Under the pieces are notes generated by a model, which worked only from the letters and a program-made list of their open reading frames with translations, ran no database searches and was not told where the DNA came from. A program made the translations under genes and the position numbers. Positions 60,928 through 64,000 of a DNA stretch of 64,000 bases are shown in pieces; positions within the stretch are counted from its first letter, which is position 1, and the number at the start of each line of letters is the position of its first letter. Source of the DNA: a virus; the IMG/VR virus record IMGVR_UViG_3300045988_108826. One strand, given 5' to 3'.

Positions 60928-61194
60928 CTATTCCATACCGTAAAAAATTCTGTAACTTGTCAAATCTTCCGGCTTTACGTTAAGCTTCGTACATACGACA
61001 GGATTCCACGTACTTGACATGAATGGGAAATCCACAAGCCCAGTATTATCTGCAAGCTGTACGTTTATTACGTATACCGAAGCCGCATCGGTGGATTTAG
61101 GTACAAGCATGATATAGAAAGAATCAACCTTGTTAAATTCTCCCTGACTTGTTATCTCTCCACCGTTTCTTATCTTGTCACTCATAAAAGACAT
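60928..61194 (-). CDS. Small structural-module protein
   Basis: An 88-aa ORF. Confidence 0.6.
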   Translation of the reverse strand: MSFMSDKIRNGGEITSQGEFNKVDSFYIMLVPKSTDAASVYVINVQLADNTGLVDFPFMSSTWNPVVCTKLNVKPEDLTSYRIFYGME

Positions 61195-61214
61195 ATTTAC
61201 CTCCTTTTTAAAAA

Positions 61215-61589
61215 TTAGTTATTGTTTATACCACACTGTTGACATTTCTCTTTGAAAGTCTGCATAACAATACAATCTTCTGCTTTCTTTACGAACTTGC
61301 ATCCGCTTGAAGCGTAGATAGCTTCGTGTTTTATATCAACCCTCAAAGACAATTCCCTTACCTCTTTTTTTAAAGCGTTTATTTCTTCGGTAGTAGTCTT
61401 TCGGTATTCTTTACTGCTTTCCGTGTTTTGCTTGATAACATCTTGCAACTCGTCAATCACAGTACGCATATTCTCAATCTCAATGCTGTTTTTCTTTGGT
61501 TTTGCATTGTAGAAATTGAGAATCCATCCACCGCCAAGAAATGCTCCAACTGGGACTAATACATTCTGTACTATTTCCGACCACTCCAT
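61215..61589 (-). CDS. Membrane-anchored coiled-coil protein
   Basis: Has an N-terminal TM segment (VLVPVGAFLGGGWIL) and a C-terminal CQQC. Confidence 0.6.
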   Translation of the reverse strand: MEWSEIVQNVLVPVGAFLGGGWILNFYNAKPKKNSIEIENMRTVIDELQDVIKQNTESSKEYRKTTTEEINALKKEVRELSLRVDIKHEAIYASSGCKFVKKAEDCIVMQTFKEKCQQCGINNN

Positions 61590-63164
61590 TTACTCTTTAC
61601 TTGCGCCTCCTACGCCATTTTGATTTGAATCAACATTACTGTTTCCACCATCTCCGTTATTATTGTTCCCGTATTGCAAGGACATTTCTTTTTCTTTAAG
61701 CTTAAACTCTTCCTCTTTCTGCTTTTTCATTCTAATCTTTTCGTCAGGTGAACTTTCAGTATTCTTGTCAATCAGCGTTTCTTCCGAAATGCCACCTGCG
61801 CCTTTAAGAGAAATAAGCATGTTGTTGTATTCTGTATCGTTCTGCGGTCGCCATACCTTGAACTTCGCATTAATGTCTATGCTTTCAAAATCAGTCACAG
61901 CCGTAAGATTCTTGCCGTTATTGACAAGTTCCTTTGCAAGTCCTTCCTTAAACAACCGGCACATCTTATCCGCAAAATTCTGCCAGTCAATAACACCCTG
62001 CAGGGCTGTTTCAATATCCAAAGACTGTGTAAGCATGATAGCCTGAGCCGAAATATCACCTGAACTTTTTACATCTTTAGGCAGAAGGAAAGTAGCACCG
62101 CATCCTTTCTGAATGGTTTCTTCCATAAGACCAAGCGTATCAATCATATTCTGCGGACTAGGCGGTGTCTTGAAATCTGCACTACCGTTGCCTTCCATAG
62201 AAGTGTCATTCAGAATGACCGCACCTGCGACCTTTTCAGACAAAGCCTTGAAGTTACCTTTTACATACAAGATACCCCAACCGTGCCGCTTCTGAATAAC
62301 CAAGAACACGTTGTATATAACCTCGTAAACTTCGATTATGCTCTGTACGTTATCCCAAGCTACACGACCTCTCTTAGTCACCAAAGGTATCTCACTGAAT
62401 CCGTGCGGCACTGGCTTTTCCATTATCCAGCTATAAGGATTTACGCTGTCGTCATTCCATTCGCATACATATCTGTACATATACGTATCGTCATAGCTGT
62501 CAATGTACTGCGTATCTCCTACTGAATAATACACCGATTCAAGTATTCTGTCACCGTTCTCGTCATTGTGAGGGCAAAGAATATATCCATCTTCGTAGCT
62601 TAATAGTCTAGCCTTGATTCTTCCCTTGTAGTCAAAGTAAAACAAAAGACCTGCATCTCCGTAAGACTTCTGCGCACTTACAGCCTTTGTACGCATACCG
62701 TCCATATTTCTCAAATTCCAATACTGCTTGAAATCAATGAACGCCTTGTTCTGTTTTTCGTCAGGCTCTGTATTCATCAACGTGAACTGCATAGGATTTC
62801 CGCACAAGTGAAGAACGTGCTTGTCCCTGATTAATCTCTGATAAGGAACAGCCATTTTCTTGTATTCTATCTCATACATCTGCCCTTTCTTGTTCTTCAT
62901 AGTAATGGACGGTATATTCTCGTCAAACAGTACCTTGTGGCTCATAGGGTCTAGTTCTCTGACAAACTCGTCTTGACTTACTACGTTTCTCTTGATATTA
63001 GACAGCGTAGCCTGAATCTTGCCGTTTATGGAAACTTCCTTATCCAAGAAACCATAGTGGCAGTTATTACCAGCGACAGTGCCCCTCGTGAAAGGCTTCT
63101 TCTCCAAAAGCTTTTCAGGGTCTGCCAACAATTCATCAATAAGTTTTCTAGTCTTACTATTCAT
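61590..63164 (-). CDS. Portal protein (SPP1 gp6-like; tentative)
   Basis: About 525 aa, at the head of the structural block, and the general layout matches portals as I recall them. The tracked start at 63209 overlaps the upstream ORF by 53 nt; the Met at 63164 overlaps by only 8 nt. Confidence 0.55.
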   Translation of the reverse strand: MNSKTRKLIDELLADPEKLLEKKPFTRGTVAGNNCHYGFLDKEVSINGKIQATLSNIKRNVVSQDEFVRELDPMSHKVLFDENIPSITMKNKKGQMYEIEYKKMAVPYQRLIRDKHVLHLCGNPMQFTLMNTEPDEKQNKAFIDFKQYWNLRNMDGMRTKAVSAQKSYGDAGLLFYFDYKGRIKARLLSYEDGYILCPHNDENGDRILESVYYSVGDTQYIDSYDDTYMYRYVCEWNDDSVNPYSWIMEKPVPHGFSEIPLVTKRGRVAWDNVQSIIEVYEVIYNVFLVIQKRHGWGILYVKGNFKALSEKVAGAVILNDTSMEGNGSADFKTPPSPQNMIDTLGLMEETIQKGCGATFLLPKDVKSSGDISAQAIMLTQSLDIETALQGVIDWQNFADKMCRLFKEGLAKELVNNGKNLTAVTDFESIDINAKFKVWRPQNDTEYNNMLISLKGAGGISEETLIDKNTESSPDEKIRMKKQKEEEFKLKEKEMSLQYGNNNNGDGGNSNVDSNQNGVGGASKE

Positions 63165-63756
63165 CTCCGTTCTCGTTTTCGTGTTCTTTAATACTATTCG
63201 GGTTCTCAATCAAATTCCAATGCTGCATCGCATATTCCTTTGTCTGCACCCAACACTCCCTATGTGTATGAGGACATATCGTGTTGAACTTGGTTTCTAC
63301 GATTATCCTCTGCTCGTCCTGCTTCTCCGATACAGCAAACTTGTCGTTCAGCTTTGTACGGATTTCAATATCAAGCTTGATAAAATCCTTAGCGTCAAGT
63401 TCACCGTTCTCGTTCATCTCCTTAATCTTTGCAAGGTTCTTAATCAACTGTTCCTTGTTTTCTTCAAAGGTAATATCATCGTACTTTACCTTGCAGCTAG
63501 TTGCCGTGTTTACATCTCCCTTATCCGCATAATTGGACTTCATGTATTTTCTCAAATACCGCATCTTCTGACTTTTGTCGTACTTGTCAAGTACATCAGA
63601 AGTAAAGTCCTTACCGAAAAGACCTGCATAGACAATGTTCTTGTCCTTGAAGCTTCTGCAAAGAATAACGTAGAATATATCTCTGACGCTTATCTCATGC
63701 TTCATCTTCTTGCCATCGTCTATAATCTTCGTAATGTCCTCTATCGCTATCGCCAT
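63157..63756 (-). CDS. Hypothetical protein upstream of the portal
   Basis: A 199-aa ORF. Confidence 0.65.
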   Translation of the reverse strand: MAIAIEDITKIIDDGKKMKHEISVRDIFYVILCRSFKDKNIVYAGLFGKDFTSDVLDKYDKSQKMRYLRKYMKSNYADKGDVNTATSCKVKYDDITFEENKEQLIKNLAKIKEMNENGELDAKDFIKLDIEIRTKLNDKFAVSEKQDEQRIIVETKFNTICPHTHRECWVQTKEYAMQHWNLIENPNSIKEHENENGDE

Positions 63757-63779
63757 ATATATCTCTTATATTTAAAATA

Positions 63780-64000
63780 CTAACTCCAAAAACTATCGTC
63801 AAATACGTTTGCCTTATCCAATCCTAAATCGTTATCCTCTTCCAACGCCACTTCCGAAGCTATAAGTTCCTGACCGTATTCATATTTCAACAGAGGAAGC
63901 ATCCTCATTGCAATAGGGTCTAGCAAGTCCATAGACCTGTTCTTTCCCAACATCTGATTCATTTCCTTCTTGTTGAAAAGCGTCTTTTTGCCACTGGGCA
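63780..64000 (-). CDS. C-terminal part of a longer ORF that continues beyond the window
   Basis: The frame stays open upstream of the tracked Met (..PSGKKTLFNKKE-MNQMLGK..). Confidence 0.55.
   Translation of the reverse strand, partial: PSGKKTLFNKKEMNQMLGKNRSMDLLDPIAMRMLPLLKYEYGQELIASEVALEEDNDLGLDKANVFDDSFWS

Noticed and set aside
63079-63783. A 234-aa plus-strand ORF.
   Set aside because: It lies antisense to the portal start and the 199-aa gene, and its composition is Leu/Phe/Val-rich, typical of a shadow frame.

Overview
The window is a dense, AT-rich segment of a tailed dsDNA phage genome, and no cellular housekeeping genes are visible. I infer a Bacteroidota host for two reasons. Bacteroides-type promoters (TTTG, then 19-20 nt, then TAnnTTTG) sit in front of most transcription units. 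Several proteins look like Bacteroidota-associated families (DUF3127 SSB-like, DUF4494, DUF5675, DUF1599), recognised from memory.

Genes lie in six strand blocks separated by hairpin terminators:
- 1-3337 (+): the end of a group I intron plus small, GC-richer, Cys-cluster proteins that may be virion proteins.
- 3388-28219 (-): nucleotide metabolism (dUTPase, thioredoxin), recombination (RuvC-like, broken MBL-fold gene, RecT-like, SSB-like, SbcC/Rad50-like plus a radical SAM enzyme), lysis (SLT endolysin plus lipoprotein), a serine recombinase and many small early ORFs.
- 29527-46279 (+): truncated DNA methyltransferase, sliding clamp, Rha/KilAC, replisome organiser, primase-helicase, ThyX-like plus DUF1599, and a tRNA-Cys.
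- 46484-55509 (-): a 2633-aa fibre protein.
- 55579-58119 (+): a structured non-coding leader plus a nuclease gene.
- 58313-64000 (-): DUF285 repeat protein, small structural ORFs and portal.

The most unusual signals are:
1. A recurring, covarying Y-shaped leader element in front of five different nuclease genes.
2. A T4 td-like group I intron 3' end whose predicted splice site removes the tracked ATG of the next ORF.
3. Two promoter-driven GC-rich non-coding loci (13.0-14.2 kb and 55.6-56.0 kb).
4. An RlmN/Cfr-like radical SAM gene in the position where an SbcD/Mre11 partner would be expected.
5. A ThyX-fold protein that lacks the RHR motif.

Six homing-endonuclease-type genes are present. 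Several genes are broken by indels or in-frame stops, which could be real decay or assembly error. All family names come from motif recognition by eye and memory; no searches were run.
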